The notes under the pieces: model-generated
Databases searched by the model: none
What the model saw: only the letters and a program-made list of their open reading frames with translations
What the model was told of the DNA's origin: nothing
Translations under genes and position numbers: made by a program
Shown: one piece after another, positions 44,383 to 54,547 of the stretch
Position numbering within the stretch: position 1 is the stretch's first letter
Layout of the letters: each line of letters opens with the position of its first letter
From: Candidatus Melainabacteria bacterium
GTDB taxonomy: Bacteria > Cyanobacteriota > Vampirovibrionia > LMEP-6097
Direction: 5' to 3'
NCBI GenBank assembly: GCA_018695135.1
Contig: JABHOV010000051.1
Coordinates: 1-60,959 of the forward strand
DNA: 60,959 nt

Positions 44383-45426
44383 AGTTTTAGCCCTGCGTTA
44401 GCAATTATAGCTTTTTTCTTTGGTAGTTTTGCCAATGTTTTGATTTATAGAGTGCCACTTGGCCATTCGATACTGGTGCCACGCTCACATTGTCCCAGTT
44501 GCGGTCATCAACTTCTTTGGTATGAAAACATTCCACTAGTAAGTTATGTTTTTCTCAAGGGTGCTTGTAGCCAATGCAAAACAATCATTCCAATCACTTA
44601 TCCTATTGTTGAAGCGATAGTAGGGATGCTTGGTATTTTTATGCTTGAGCATGTTGCAAGTCTGCAAGAATATTTTTTCACTTTGATTTTGATTACCATC
44701 GCAGTTGCACTGGGCTTCATTGATGTCAAGCATCATCGCTTACCTCATGCTCTTACTTATACTGGAACTATTTTTGTAGTTTTGTATATTTCACTATTCT
44801 CTAGCCCCTTCTATGATTCGGTTCTAGCCTATACTAAGCTACCAGATACATTGGCTGAATTGCTGACAGGGATTGGTTACTATGGCTTAAGTATTTTTGT
44901 TATTGATGCTTTGACTCATACTGCTAATTTATTTTATTTCAAGGAAAAAGCTCTGCGTATTGCTAGTTCAGGAATTTGTTTTAGAAATGAATTTTTGCAG
45001 AAGCATGTCACTTGGATCTATCTGATTTTGATTGCGACTGAATTATTTTTGGCTTATCAATATCCATTGACTATCTTTTTCTGGTTCAATCTTGCACTCG
45101 GCTTGTCTTATTTGGTTAATGAAATTTGTATCGATTATGTTTTTGCAAATAAGGGCGCAGAAGAAACAGATGAACAGACTTTGACTGTTTTTGGTGGAGG
45201 CGATGCTAGTTTTCTTGCCTTGATGGCTTTAGCCTTGGGCCCGGTTATTGCGCTGATAGTTTTTATTGTGGCTTGCTATATTGCTTTGTTTCAAGTGATT
45301 CTTGGCAAGATAAAAGCCTTTTTTTCTAAGGAGCAAGTAAAGCCTGCATCAAAATATACCCCACTGGGAGGCGCATTGGCTTTTGCATTTATTGCTGCTA
45401 TGATGATTTTGGAAACTCGTTTCTGA
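44362..45426 (+). CDS. pilD: Prepilin peptidase (A24 family)
   Basis: FGSFANVLIYRVP, Zn-finger-like CPSCGH...CSQCK, GGGDASFL aspartate motif, multiple TM segments. Confidence 0.85.
   Translation: MMLNLVQSFSPALAIIAFFFGSFANVLIYRVPLGHSILVPRSHCPSCGHQLLWYENIPLVSYVFLKGACSQCKTIIPITYPIVEAIVGMLGIFMLEHVASLQEYFFTLILITIAVALGFIDVKHHRLPHALTYTGTIFVVLYISLFSSPFYDSVLAYTKLPDTLAELLTGIGYYGLSIFVIDALTHTANLFYFKEKALRIASSGICFRNEFLQKHVTWIYLILIATELFLAYQYPLTIFFWFNLALGLSYLVNEICIDYVFANKGAEETDEQTLTVFGGGDASFLALMALALGPVIALIVFIVACYIALFQVILGKIKAFFSKEQVKPASKYTPLGGALAFAFIAAMMILETRF
44404..44411 (-). promoter_or_regulatory. GCTATAAT -10 box on the minus strand upstream of folK, inside pilD coding sequence
   Basis: The minus strand reads GCTATAATTGCTAACGCAGGGCTAAAACTTTG(start). 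Confidence 0.3.
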
Positions 45427-45427
45427 T

Positions 45428-46768
45428 ATGAGCAAAGATAACCTAATACTAGACTTCAGTGAAGAATATATAACTATGCAATGTCGCGGCATTGAGTTTA
45501 GTTCTGATATCAGTTGCGAATATTTTTGGAATAATACAGACGATGCAGTTGAGCACCTTAAATCAGAAATAAGTTCTAAGGGATTTATTAGTTCTGACTT
45601 GATTATCAGCTTCCCTATTACTTGTATTAATTATCAAATAGTTACTTTGCCTGACAATGTTTCTGACAAAGAGAAGTTGGTTTTTCTTGGTCTTGAGTTG
45701 AATCATAAACTCATTGGTAAGAGATTTGGTATTCGTAGACTTGATGTAACTTCTAGAGTTGAAGCAGAACAAGAGCTTTGTGATTATATTGTGTTGGCTC
45801 CAAAAGCAGAGGCATATGCCAAAGTCGCATTGTTGGCAAAAGCGCTTGAGCGCAATATTGCAATGATAGTGCCTAGTTTTACTTTGCTTGGTGCAGAGCG
45901 CCACAATGAACTTCGCGCTACGGCTTGGCTTGGTGATGATAGAACCGAGATTGTGATTTGGGGTAAAGACAACCCATTAGCTCTTGCTTATATTCCTAAT
46001 ACAGGAAATCAAATTGGTGATATTAATAGATTTATTGTTGAGTATTTTGATCATGTTGATGATTTAAGTCTTTCTATGGTTTATCTCTTTGGACCTAAGA
46101 TGCGAGATGAATCTCTTGGTTTTGCTTTGAGTTATCCTCATGCGATTTTTGCTGATCCGGTTAAATATTTATCGCGTAATTTACACAAGGCTCCTGACCA
46201 GCTCAATATTGCCAATGTTACTAAGTTGCCTAAACCACCACTGGCATTGACTCCTCGTAATTTAACTTATCTTGGTTCTGCTCTTGCTGTTGCAATCCTG
46301 GTTTTCTTGACGGTGTTTACTCAAGCGGGCACTCTTCGCGAGAAAGGCAAGATAGCTGTACTAGAAAGAAAATCAAGTAGCTATCGTAAACAAATTACTA
46401 CTTACAAAAGACTCGAACAAGAACAGGCTGAATTGAATGCAGAGAAAGATTTTTATATGGGAATCACCAAACGTAGAACTCCTTGGGCAACGATTCTTGC
46501 TGACTTGAGTGATTTGACTCCAGCTGAAATGTGGTACGAAAGAGTGAATGCCACCAAGAGTAAAATCTTAGTTCTCGGTAAAGCAAGAACGACAGAAGAT
46601 GTTTCGGCTTTGTCAATCAACCTCAATAATAATTCGCACTACTTTCATGATGCTTTGATTATTGGTACTCGAGATTATGAAGATGAGTCTAACGCAAAAT
46701 ATAGTGAATTCCAACTTCAGGCTAAATTGAAGTCTCCGACTGGAATGTTTACTGAAGATAATAACTAA
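45428..46768 (+). CDS. Type IV pilus assembly protein, PilM-like N-terminus fused to a PilN-like TM/periplasmic part
   Basis: Cytoplasmic domain of about 280 aa, a single TM segment (LTYLGSALAVAILVFLTVF), then a coiled segment and a PilN-like C-terminus. Follows pilD by 1 nt. The motif match is weak. Confidence 0.5.
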   Translation: MSKDNLILDFSEEYITMQCRGIEFSSDISCEYFWNNTDDAVEHLKSEISSKGFISSDLIISFPITCINYQIVTLPDNVSDKEKLVFLGLELNHKLIGKRFGIRRLDVTSRVEAEQELCDYIVLAPKAEAYAKVALLAKALERNIAMIVPSFTLLGAERHNELRATAWLGDDRTEIVIWGKDNPLALAYIPNTGNQIGDINRFIVEYFDHVDDLSLSMVYLFGPKMRDESLGFALSYPHAIFADPVKYLSRNLHKAPDQLNIANVTKLPKPPLALTPRNLTYLGSALAVAILVFLTVFTQAGTLREKGKIAVLERKSSSYRKQITTYKRLEQEQAELNAEKDFYMGITKRRTPWATILADLSDLTPAEMWYERVNATKSKILVLGKARTTEDVSALSINLNNNSHYFHDALIIGTRDYEDESNAKYSEFQLQAKLKSPTGMFTEDNN

Positions 46769-46850
46769 AAAGGTGTCAAGCCGAGGGTCTTTGCCTATGA
46801 ATACTACGCTCCGACAATGATAGGATCTAGGCTTGTCCCTCTAGATTCTA

Positions 46851-48392
46851 ATGATTGCCCCCCCACCAACAAGCGCTGCAACTAGCTATAAAGAGGCCGA
46901 GAACTTACTTGGTATTAAAGAACTTTCTGAAAAAGACAGGATTAGTTTTACCAGTTTGGTTGGCTGTTCTAGATCTAGAGTTGCCATTGCCTCTTGTCCT
47001 CGCGATAAAGATGCTAGTTATAGAGACAATATCAAATTGCATCAAATTGAACTGACTGGTGCTAATCAATGTGACACCATCAAAATCATTTTAGATATTT
47101 TTCAAGCGCTGTCAGCCAAGGGACTTGAGATTGCCAATTTTAATTTCCCTGGTTTTGCTGTGCAAGAAGATCCGGAGAAGGCTGAAGCTATTCTTCAAGC
47201 TGAAATCCCAAACCCTAGTCCAGGTTTGTATGCTGTTTCTAATGTTGACTTGACTGATATTGATGGTAGTACGCCGCTGCATGCTAGTTCTAATCATTTG
47301 ATTGATTTGCCGCAACAATTACATCAGCGAAGTCAAGATCGCCGGCTTGTATTTATCGATTCTTATAATCCTCCTTCCATGCCCTTTACACTTGGTGAAG
47401 GTAAAAATTTGACAGTTCATGTTTGTAATAATTCTGTACGTACAATGCTTGGAGCTTTGTGTTCAGCTCATGATCAAACAATCCAAGAAATGGTTCGACA
47501 GGACAAGATTACTAGTGTTGGAGGATTCATTAATGGAACTGAGTTTGGATTTGGTTTAGGACGGAATTATAATCCAAGAGCAGTTAGTTTTAATGAAGTT
47601 GTTAATGATGAACTTGGTTACCAAGCGCTTCCTGATTCCTTGGTTGGACCACTTGATAGACTAGATGGAGAGACAAAGCCAGTGAAGGCTGAGCAGTGCT
47701 TTGCTGGTGGTCAAGAAGGGGCAACTGATTTCGCAAGGCTCAAAGGTATTCGTCGCGAAATTGCAATTTTGTATAATGCGCTTTATTCTAAAATCAATCA
47801 GCCCCAAGAGCTAGATGCTTATTTGCAGAAGCTTGCGATTTATTATAATGATGCAGCTAAAAAATACAAACTAGATGCACAGATTACGATAGAAGATATT
47901 AAAGCAAGTCAATTCTATAGGGCTTTTAAATCAGGACTTACAGCTGCAGAATTTGTGATTCCTACTAATCAACAAGTAGTTAGTTTTGCTAGTGCTGACG
48001 GTGAGGGAGTCGACAAATTTGCGCATATGCTGATCCTTAATCTATTTGCTAGGCAAGGTGAGTTTATTACAAGAACATACAAAGATGAGATTCCAAAGAT
48101 GAAAATATTGGCAATTGCAGGTAATCATGTAGTTGATAGCTTGGATAGATTAAAGTCAGTGAGAGAAGCCTTTATGAGACCATTTCTGGCAATAAATCCT
48201 GAGCTTCATCTCTTTTTGCATGCCTTACACGGTTCAGCAGGACTTGAAAATACGGCTGTCGATATACTGAGGCTGTCTGCTGGATTGGTTCCGAGTAGAG
48301 AAAAGCCTGTGCCGGTTCAAATTCGTGATAGTAATCAGGCGGGTATTATAGGACGATCTTGGGCTTGGTTTAAGTCTCTTTTCGGTGGTTAA
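46851..48392 (+). CDS. Hypothetical protein (513 aa)
   Basis: Long ORF with no recognisable motif and no signal peptide. Confidence 0.5.
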   Translation: MIAPPPTSAATSYKEAENLLGIKELSEKDRISFTSLVGCSRSRVAIASCPRDKDASYRDNIKLHQIELTGANQCDTIKIILDIFQALSAKGLEIANFNFPGFAVQEDPEKAEAILQAEIPNPSPGLYAVSNVDLTDIDGSTPLHASSNHLIDLPQQLHQRSQDRRLVFIDSYNPPSMPFTLGEGKNLTVHVCNNSVRTMLGALCSAHDQTIQEMVRQDKITSVGGFINGTEFGFGLGRNYNPRAVSFNEVVNDELGYQALPDSLVGPLDRLDGETKPVKAEQCFAGGQEGATDFARLKGIRREIAILYNALYSKINQPQELDAYLQKLAIYYNDAAKKYKLDAQITIEDIKASQFYRAFKSGLTAAEFVIPTNQQVVSFASADGEGVDKFAHMLILNLFARQGEFITRTYKDEIPKMKILAIAGNHVVDSLDRLKSVREAFMRPFLAINPELHLFLHALHGSAGLENTAVDILRLSAGLVPSREKPVPVQIRDSNQAGIIGRSWAWFKSLFGG

Positions 48393-48429
48393 TTAGCTCA
48401 ACAAGTATCATCGAGGCTTGTTGAGCTAA
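48393..48429 (+). terminator. 13-bp stem hairpin directly after the stop of ORF 46851-48392
   Basis: TTAGCTCAACAAG-11 nt-CTTGTTGAGCTAA. No T tract follows. Confidence 0.45.
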
Positions 48430-48565
48430 AAGACAATCAGAATAAAACATTAATATATATATGACTTATTGTTTCTAGCTTCCATAAAGACCTAGAATAG
48501 ATAGATATAGACGTCATCTAGCGCTCTGCGCGCTCGAATAAACGTTAGATCTAAAGGATAAGAAA

Positions 48566-50680
48566 ATGGCACGTAAAATTAAGTACGAAGATTATAGAAA
48601 TATCGGTATTGCTGCGCATATTGATGCTGGTAAAACTACTACAACTGAGAGAGTTTTATTCTTCTCAGGCAAGATTCACAAAATTGGTGAAGTTCATGAA
48701 GGTACTTCCGTTACTGACTGGATGGATCAAGAGAAAGAGCGTGGTATTACAATTACTGCTGCTGCAATTTCTACAGGGTGGAAAGGCAAATACATTAACT
48801 TGATCGACACTCCGGGTCACGTTGACTTTACGATTGAAGTAGAGCGTTCAATGCGTGTATTAGATGGTGTGATCATTTGTTTATGCTCAGTTGGTGGTGT
48901 TCAACCGCAAACTAAAACTGTTTGGAGACAAGCTGATAGATATAAAGTTCCACGTATTGTTTTTGTAAACAAAATGGATAGACAAGGTGCTGATTTCTTT
49001 AGCGTTGTAAACCAATTGCAGAAAGACGTTCGTGTCAATGCTAGACCTTTGCAGTATCCTATTGGTGCTGAGGATCAATTCACGGGTGTTGCTGATTTGC
49101 TTGAGAAGAAAACATATATCCATAAGGATGAGATTGGATCTGATATTGAAATCACTGATGGTTTCCCTGCTGATATCGCGGATGAATGTGCAGTATTGAG
49201 AACTGAATTAGTTGAATCAATTGCAGAAAATGACGACGATATGATGAATAAATACCTTGAAGAAGGTGAAGATGCGTTTACTGTTGAAGAGCTTAAAGAT
49301 GGACTTCATAATGCAGTTGCTAAATTGCAAGTGATTCCTGTTCTTTGTGGTTCGGCTTTCAAAAACAAAGGTGTTCAAAAATTACTTGACGCTGTTGTTG
49401 ATTACCTTCCTAATCCTCTTGAAGTAGAAGCGATCAAAGGTTTAGATTTGAATGATAATGAAATTGTTCGTGAGTGTGATGATGAGAAGCCAATGGCTGC
49501 ACTTGCATTTAAAGTAATGACTGACCCATTTGTAGGTCGTCTTACTTTTATTAGAATGTATTCTGGTGTTATTGAGTCAGGTTCTTACGTTTACAACGCT
49601 ACTCGTGGCAATAAAGAACGTGTTTCACGTTTGATCAAGCTTCAGTCTGATGATAGAGAAGAGATTCCTGAGATTCGCGCTGGAGATATTTGTGCGGTTG
49701 TTGGATTTAAAGATACAACGACTGGAGATACTATCTGTGCTGAGAAAAACCAAGTGATTCTTGAGTCACTTCATATCCCAGAACCGGTTATTTCAGTTGC
49801 AATTGAACCAGCTACAAAAGTAGACCAAGAAAAACTTTCTTCAGGGCTACATAAGTTAGCTGAAGAGGATCCTACATTCAGAGTTAAGGTTGATCATGAA
49901 ACAGGTCAAACAATTATTTCTGGTATGGGTGAGCTTCACTTAGAAATTTTGGTAGATAGACTCAAGCGTGAATTCCAAGTTGAAGCTACTGTTGGTAAGC
50001 CGCAAGTTGCATACAGAGAGAGCATTCGCAAGCCAGCTACTGTTGATATGAAATACGCTAAACAGTCTGGTGGTCGTGGTCAATATGGTCATGTTGTTAT
50101 TGATTTTGAACCAGCTCCAATTGGTAAGCAAGAAGATGGCGAAGAGTATCCGCCACTTATATTTATCAACAAGATTGTTGGTGGTATTATTCCAAAAGAA
50201 TATATCCCAGCAGTTGAGAAAGGTATTAAAGAAGCTATGGCTGGTGGTGTACTTGCTGGTTATGAAGTGCTTGGTATTCAAGCGACACTTAAGCATGGTT
50301 CTTACCATGATGTTGACTCGAATGAGATGGCATTTGGTATCGCTGGATCTATGGCGCTTAAAGAAGGTGTTGCCAAGGCAAGTCCTGCAATTCTTGAACC
50401 TGTGATGAAAGTAGACATCGAAGTGCCTGAAGAATTTATGGGTGATGTTATTGGTGATATCTCTGCTAGACGTGGACGTATTGATAAGATGGAAACAGAC
50501 AAAGGACTTTCACAAGTTGCTACTGTAGTACCTCTTGCAAATATGTTTGGTTATGCTACTGATATTCGTAACAAAACTAAAGGACAAGGTACATTTACTA
50601 TGGAGTTCTTGGCTTACGAAGAAGTTCCTGCTAATGTGGCTGAAGAAATTAAGACTGGAAAGCAGAAGGCTACTGCGTAG
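48566..50680 (+). CDS. fusA: Elongation factor G
   Basis: [33 protein letters not shown]. 704 aa. AAAGGA SD upstream. Confidence 0.95.
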   Translation: MARKIKYEDYRNIGIAAHIDAGKTTTTERVLFFSGKIHKIGEVHEGTSVTDWMDQEKERGITITAAAISTGWKGKYINLIDTPGHVDFTIEVERSMRVLDGVIICLCSVGGVQPQTKTVWRQADRYKVPRIVFVNKMDRQGADFFSVVNQLQKDVRVNARPLQYPIGAEDQFTGVADLLEKKTYIHKDEIGSDIEITDGFPADIADECAVLRTELVESIAENDDDMMNKYLEEGEDAFTVEELKDGLHNAVAKLQVIPVLCGSAFKNKGVQKLLDAVVDYLPNPLEVEAIKGLDLNDNEIVRECDDEKPMAALAFKVMTDPFVGRLTFIRMYSGVIESGSYVYNATRGNKERVSRLIKLQSDDREEIPEIRAGDICAVVGFKDTTTGDTICAEKNQVILESLHIPEPVISVAIEPATKVDQEKLSSGLHKLAEEDPTFRVKVDHETGQTIISGMGELHLEILVDRLKREFQVEATVGKPQVAYRESIRKPATVDMKYAKQSGGRGQYGHVVIDFEPAPIGKQEDGEEYPPLIFINKIVGGIIPKEYIPAVEKGIKEAMAGGVLAGYEVLGIQATLKHGSYHDVDSNEMAFGIAGSMALKEGVAKASPAILEPVMKVDIEVPEEFMGDVIGDISARRGRIDKMETDKGLSQVATVVPLANMFGYATDIRNKTKGQGTFTMEFLAYEEVPANVAEEIKTGKQKATA

Positions 50681-50909
50681 CAGTAGACCCTACTTTTCGC
50701 TGCTTGCGTCCCTACGGGACTGGTTGTGTCAGCATGCTGCTGACTGGTTGCGGTCACTTCGTTCCCTGCCTCTTCTACCACAGTCTATAATGCTTCCTTC
50801 GTCTTTATACGAAAGAAGCAGCGAAGCGCAACCAGGCATCTTTGATGCCGCAACCAGTGAACGATAGTGAACGCAACCGGCTTGCGAAGCAAGCTCATTA
50901 AGCTATAAT
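50678..50909. repeat. Family B repeat, second copy, starting at the fusA stop codon and ending in a GCTATAAT box
   Basis: Shares CTGGTTGTGT, TGCCTCTT, AGCAGCGAA and GCGCAACCAG...GCCGCAACCAGTGAACGATAGTGAACGCAACC blocks with 11395-11601 and 51838-51913. Confidence 0.65.
50902..50909 (+). promoter_or_regulatory. GCTATAAT box abutting the pabA/trpG ATG (6 nt before the in-frame GTG at 50916)
   Basis: AAGCTATAATATGCAAGTGCCC. Confidence 0.3.
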
Positions 50910-51512
50910 ATGCAAGTGCCCACCGTCCTAGTAATCGACAACTACGATTCATTCGTTTACAACCTAGTTCAGTACTTTGCTGAGCTTGGTGCTGACACTG
51001 TCGTTTGGCGTAATGATGATTGTACGCTTGATCAAGTCAAAGCGAAAGTACAAGAGCTTAACCCGAGTCATATACTTATTTCGCCTGGTCCTGGTAAACC
51101 AAATGACTCTGGAATTAGTCTTGAGATTATCAGGGAGTTCAAAGGCAAGATTCCTATCTTGGGAGTTTGTCTTGGTATGCAAGCCATGGGCGAATTGCAT
51201 GGAGCCAAAGTGGTTCATGCGCCAGAGTTGATGCATGGCAAGACTAGTGAAATAAGTCATATGGGTAGCCATGCGATATTTAAAGATATTCCAAAGACCT
51301 TTATTGCAACTCGTTATCATTCACTTGTAGTTGATAGAGCTAGTCTAGATTCAGCCCCTGAACTAATATTAGAGGCAGAGACTGCTGACAAAACGGTAAT
51401 GGCATTAAGTCATAGAGACTATCCAAGTTTGATTGGGGTGCAATATCATCCGGAGTCTATACTTTCTGAGTTTGGGCATAAGCTACTCAGTAATTTTCTT
51501 GACATTGCTTAA
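50910..51512 (+). CDS. Glutamine amidotransferase of anthranilate/aminodeoxychorismate synthase (component II)
   Basis: VLVIDNYDSFVYNLVQY, GVCLGMQA (catalytic Cys), QYHPES. Confidence 0.9.
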   Translation: MQVPTVLVIDNYDSFVYNLVQYFAELGADTVVWRNDDCTLDQVKAKVQELNPSHILISPGPGKPNDSGISLEIIREFKGKIPILGVCLGMQAMGELHGAKVVHAPELMHGKTSEISHMGSHAIFKDIPKTFIATRYHSLVVDRASLDSAPELILEAETADKTVMALSHRDYPSLIGVQYHPESILSEFGHKLLSNFLDIA

Positions 51513-51518
51513 GTTTGA

Positions 51519-51755
51519 TTATCTAGTTTCTCTTTGAGGTGTCCACATGTTACTCTTCAAGATTCTATCGAGACATTCAATTAGGGGATTTTTAGGATCT
51601 TGTGTCGATTCGAAAATTCTATATGCGAGTTCTCCTGAAAAGTCACATAGCGCTTCAATAGTGTCATAGAGTTTAGGTGGATCAGGGTCAAAAAGATCCC
51701 CTTTCTTAACTTTTGCTAGCACTTCTACCCACTGTTCTTTATTTAATTTAGCCAT
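51519..51755 (-). CDS. Small hypothetical protein (78 aa)
   Basis: ORF only. AGGAG-like sequence upstream (AATAGGAGTATAAGTATG on the minus strand). Confidence 0.4.
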   Translation of the reverse strand: MAKLNKEQWVEVLAKVKKGDLFDPDPPKLYDTIEALCDFSGELAYRIFESTQDPKNPLIECLDRILKSNMWTPQRETR

Positions 51756-51837
51756 ACTTATACTCCTATTTTAGTTCAATTAGTTGTTTAGTATACGGGG
51801 GGATAGCCAGTAAAGGAACTGAGCCCCGTAATAACGA

Positions 51838-51913
51838 CCACAAACAGGCAGCTTTGCTGCCGCAACCAGTGAACGGATAGTGAACGCAACCAGTATTAGA
51901 GCTAAGCTATAAT
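51838..51913. repeat. Family B repeat, right-half copy ending in a GCTATAAT box
   Basis: CAAACAGGCAGCTTTGCTGCCGCAACCAGTGAACGGATAGTGAACGCAACC is colinear with 50828-50878. The hairpin GGCAG..CTGCC replaces GGCAT..ATGCC. Confidence 0.6.
51906..51913 (+). promoter_or_regulatory. GCTATAAT -10 box 9 nt upstream of the anmK ATG
   Basis: GCTATAATACCCATTACATG, with no SD. Confidence 0.4.
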
Positions 51914-51922
51914 ACCCATTAC

Positions 51923-52996
51923 ATGCTTGTCCTTGGTGTAAATACAGGTACCTCCGTTGATGGAGTTGACTTTAGCTTAGTTGATTGGGATCTTAATGAT
52001 CTCAAGAACTACAGTATTGTCAAAGAACAGAGTTATCAATTTGATCCACAGGTAAAACATGATGTTGAGATATTGATTGGTAAGCAAAGAGGCATACTTG
52101 AAGATATTTCTAATCTCAATTTTCTGTATAGTCAATTTATTGCAGCCTTGGTTCGTGAGTTTCAAAAAGACCTGACTGGAAAAATAGAGCTGATTGGAAT
52201 ACATGGACAAACTATTTTTCATGGAGCCAAGAGCACCTTTCAATTGGGCAATCCTAGTATCGTTGCTGAACTTACTGGTATAAGTACAGTTGCTGATTTC
52301 CGGTCTGCTGATATTGCAGCTGGTGGTTGCGGAGCGCCATTAACAAGCTATCTTGATCATGTGCTAATTCGCTCAGAGACAGAGTCTCGTGGGACTCTCA
52401 ACCTTGGAGGTATTGCTAATATCAGCGTGATGCAAGTTGGTAAAGATATCATTGCTTATGATACAGGTCCGGCGAATACATTAATTGATTTACTCAGTAG
52501 AAAACTATTTCATGTGGATTTTGACAAGGATGGCAAGATTGCAGCCGGCGGCAAAGTCGATGAGAGATTTGTTGATAAATTAATTTCTAAAACAGCATAC
52601 TTCGCTCAAGCTGCGCCTAAATCTACTGGGCGTGAATTATTTGATGAGAAGTATGCAGATAAATTTCTTGATCTTGGTAACAAAGACAATATCTTGGCAA
52701 CTGTGACTTACTTTACTGCCAAGACAATTAGTAATGAGTTGCAAAAATATAATTTAAAGAAGGTATATATTTCTGGTGGCGGAATGCGCAATAAATCCAT
52801 CATGGACAACTTGAAAAAATTGAACCCAGTCCTAGAATTCTTGTCTCATCGTGAATTTAACATTAATTGTCAATACAAAGAAGCGATATTGTTCTCCTTG
52901 CTAGCCTTTACCTGTTATCATAAGATACCGAACAACCTTCCTAGTTCAACCGGTGCAAGACGTGCCACGATTCTAGGGGTTTTAGCGCAGAGATAA
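51923..52996 (+). CDS. anmK: Anhydro-N-acetylmuramic acid kinase
   Basis: GVNTGTSVDGVDFSLV N-terminus, RSADIAAGGCGAPL, ISGGGMRN. Confidence 0.88.
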   Translation: MLVLGVNTGTSVDGVDFSLVDWDLNDLKNYSIVKEQSYQFDPQVKHDVEILIGKQRGILEDISNLNFLYSQFIAALVREFQKDLTGKIELIGIHGQTIFHGAKSTFQLGNPSIVAELTGISTVADFRSADIAAGGCGAPLTSYLDHVLIRSETESRGTLNLGGIANISVMQVGKDIIAYDTGPANTLIDLLSRKLFHVDFDKDGKIAAGGKVDERFVDKLISKTAYFAQAAPKSTGRELFDEKYADKFLDLGNKDNILATVTYFTAKTISNELQKYNLKKVYISGGGMRNKSIMDNLKKLNPVLEFLSHREFNINCQYKEAILFSLLAFTCYHKIPNNLPSSTGARRATILGVLAQR

Positions 52997-53000
52997 ACAT

Positions 53001-54542
53001 ATGACAACAGAAACTAAGAACTCACTTACCAAAATCGTAGCGACACTGGGACCATCTAGTGATAATGAAGCTACTATCCGCAACATGATCGAAGCTGGCA
53101 TGAGCGTTGCTCGTATCAATTGTTCTCATGGAGATTGGAAAGATCGCAAAGACAGAATCGAACTTATTAGACGACTTTCTATTGAATACAAAAGACCAAT
53201 CGGGATATTGGTTGACCTGCAAGGTCCCAAAATCAGAACAGGTACTTTGCCAGAGGGTGGAATTGAAATTATTATTAATGAGACTATCGTATTGACTGTC
53301 GATGAGTCAGCAGCAGATTATAATGCTAGCCCTCGCAAAGTTTTTATTCGTAACTATCCAGAATTACCTACTGAGGTGACTCCAGGACAGAGAATTCTTT
53401 TGGATGATGGTCTTTTGAGATTAGAAGTTGTTTCTATTCAGGACAAAGATGTAATCACTAGAGTGGTAGTAGGTGGAATGCTTAAATCCAACAAAGGTGT
53501 TAACTTGCCAGAATCCAAGCAATTGGGGCTTGTTGCAATCACTGTCAAGGATAGAGAAGATATTATCGAGGCTGTTAAAGTGGGTGCTGATTTTATCGCA
53601 CTATCTTTTGTGAGACAAGCGGCAGATATTATTGAGCTGAAACAATTAGTGGATGCACAGAGACCAGCATGTCCAATCAAGCTGATTGCCAAGATTGAAA
53701 AACCTCAGGCAATGGAGCACCTTGATGAAATTCTTCAAGAGGTAGATGGAGTTATGGTTGCTAGAGGAGATCTTGGGGTTGAATTAGAGCCCGAGAAAGT
53801 GCCTTTGCTCCAAAAGAAAATTATTCGTGATGCCAACCTTAGTGGCAAGTTTGTGATTACTGCAACTCAAATGATGGAATCGATGATCAATAGTCCATTC
53901 CCGACAAGAGCGGAAGTGAGTGACGTTGCCAATGCTATTTTGGATGGTACTGATGCTGTGATGCTTTCTGGTGAAACTGCAGCTGGTTCTTACCCAGTAG
54001 AGGCTGTTAACTATATGCGTAAGGTTGCTCTTGAAGTTGAGGCTGGTAGCGTAATCTCAGTCCCTCAAAGGGATATACACGAAGGTAATTTTACTGAAGA
54101 TGAGGTTAATTATATTGCGATTGCTCAATCGATTAACAACTTTGCTAAGATCGTCCATATCAAAAATATAGTGGCGTTTTCTTGTTCTGGTAGAAGTATT
54201 CAGCGTATTTCGAAATTGAGACCCAAGGCTAATTTGATTGCTGCTACAACTTACGAGCATAGTTATAGATACCTCTCCATTATTTGGGGAGTTACTCCAA
54301 TTTATTTTGATAGAGTTCAAAGAACAACTCAAACAATAATGAATATTGAAGATCATTTGATTAAAGAAGGCTTTATTGAAAAGGGTGAGACTATAGTTAT
54401 TACTGGCGGTATTCCAATTGCTGCAAGAAGTACAGCCAACTTCATTAAAGTACACAAGTGTGACGGCTCCATGAAAGAACAAATTAAGACACAGGAAGAA
54501 AGATTTAAAGATAATCTTGGACCTAGTCTTGTGAATTCTTAG
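53001..54542 (+). CDS. pyk: Pyruvate kinase
   Basis: TKIVATLGPSS, ARINCSHG, VDLQGPKIR, MVARGDLGVE. Confidence 0.93.
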   Translation: MTTETKNSLTKIVATLGPSSDNEATIRNMIEAGMSVARINCSHGDWKDRKDRIELIRRLSIEYKRPIGILVDLQGPKIRTGTLPEGGIEIIINETIVLTVDESAADYNASPRKVFIRNYPELPTEVTPGQRILLDDGLLRLEVVSIQDKDVITRVVVGGMLKSNKGVNLPESKQLGLVAITVKDREDIIEAVKVGADFIALSFVRQAADIIELKQLVDAQRPACPIKLIAKIEKPQAMEHLDEILQEVDGVMVARGDLGVELEPEKVPLLQKKIIRDANLSGKFVITATQMMESMINSPFPTRAEVSDVANAILDGTDAVMLSGETAAGSYPVEAVNYMRKVALEVEAGSVISVPQRDIHEGNFTEDEVNYIAIAQSINNFAKIVHIKNIVAFSCSGRSIQRISKLRPKANLIAATTYEHSYRYLSIIWGVTPIYFDRVQRTTQTIMNIEDHLIKEGFIEKGETIVITGGIPIAARSTANFIKVHKCDGSMKEQIKTQEERFKDNLGPSLVNS

Positions 54543-54547
54543 GCTTC

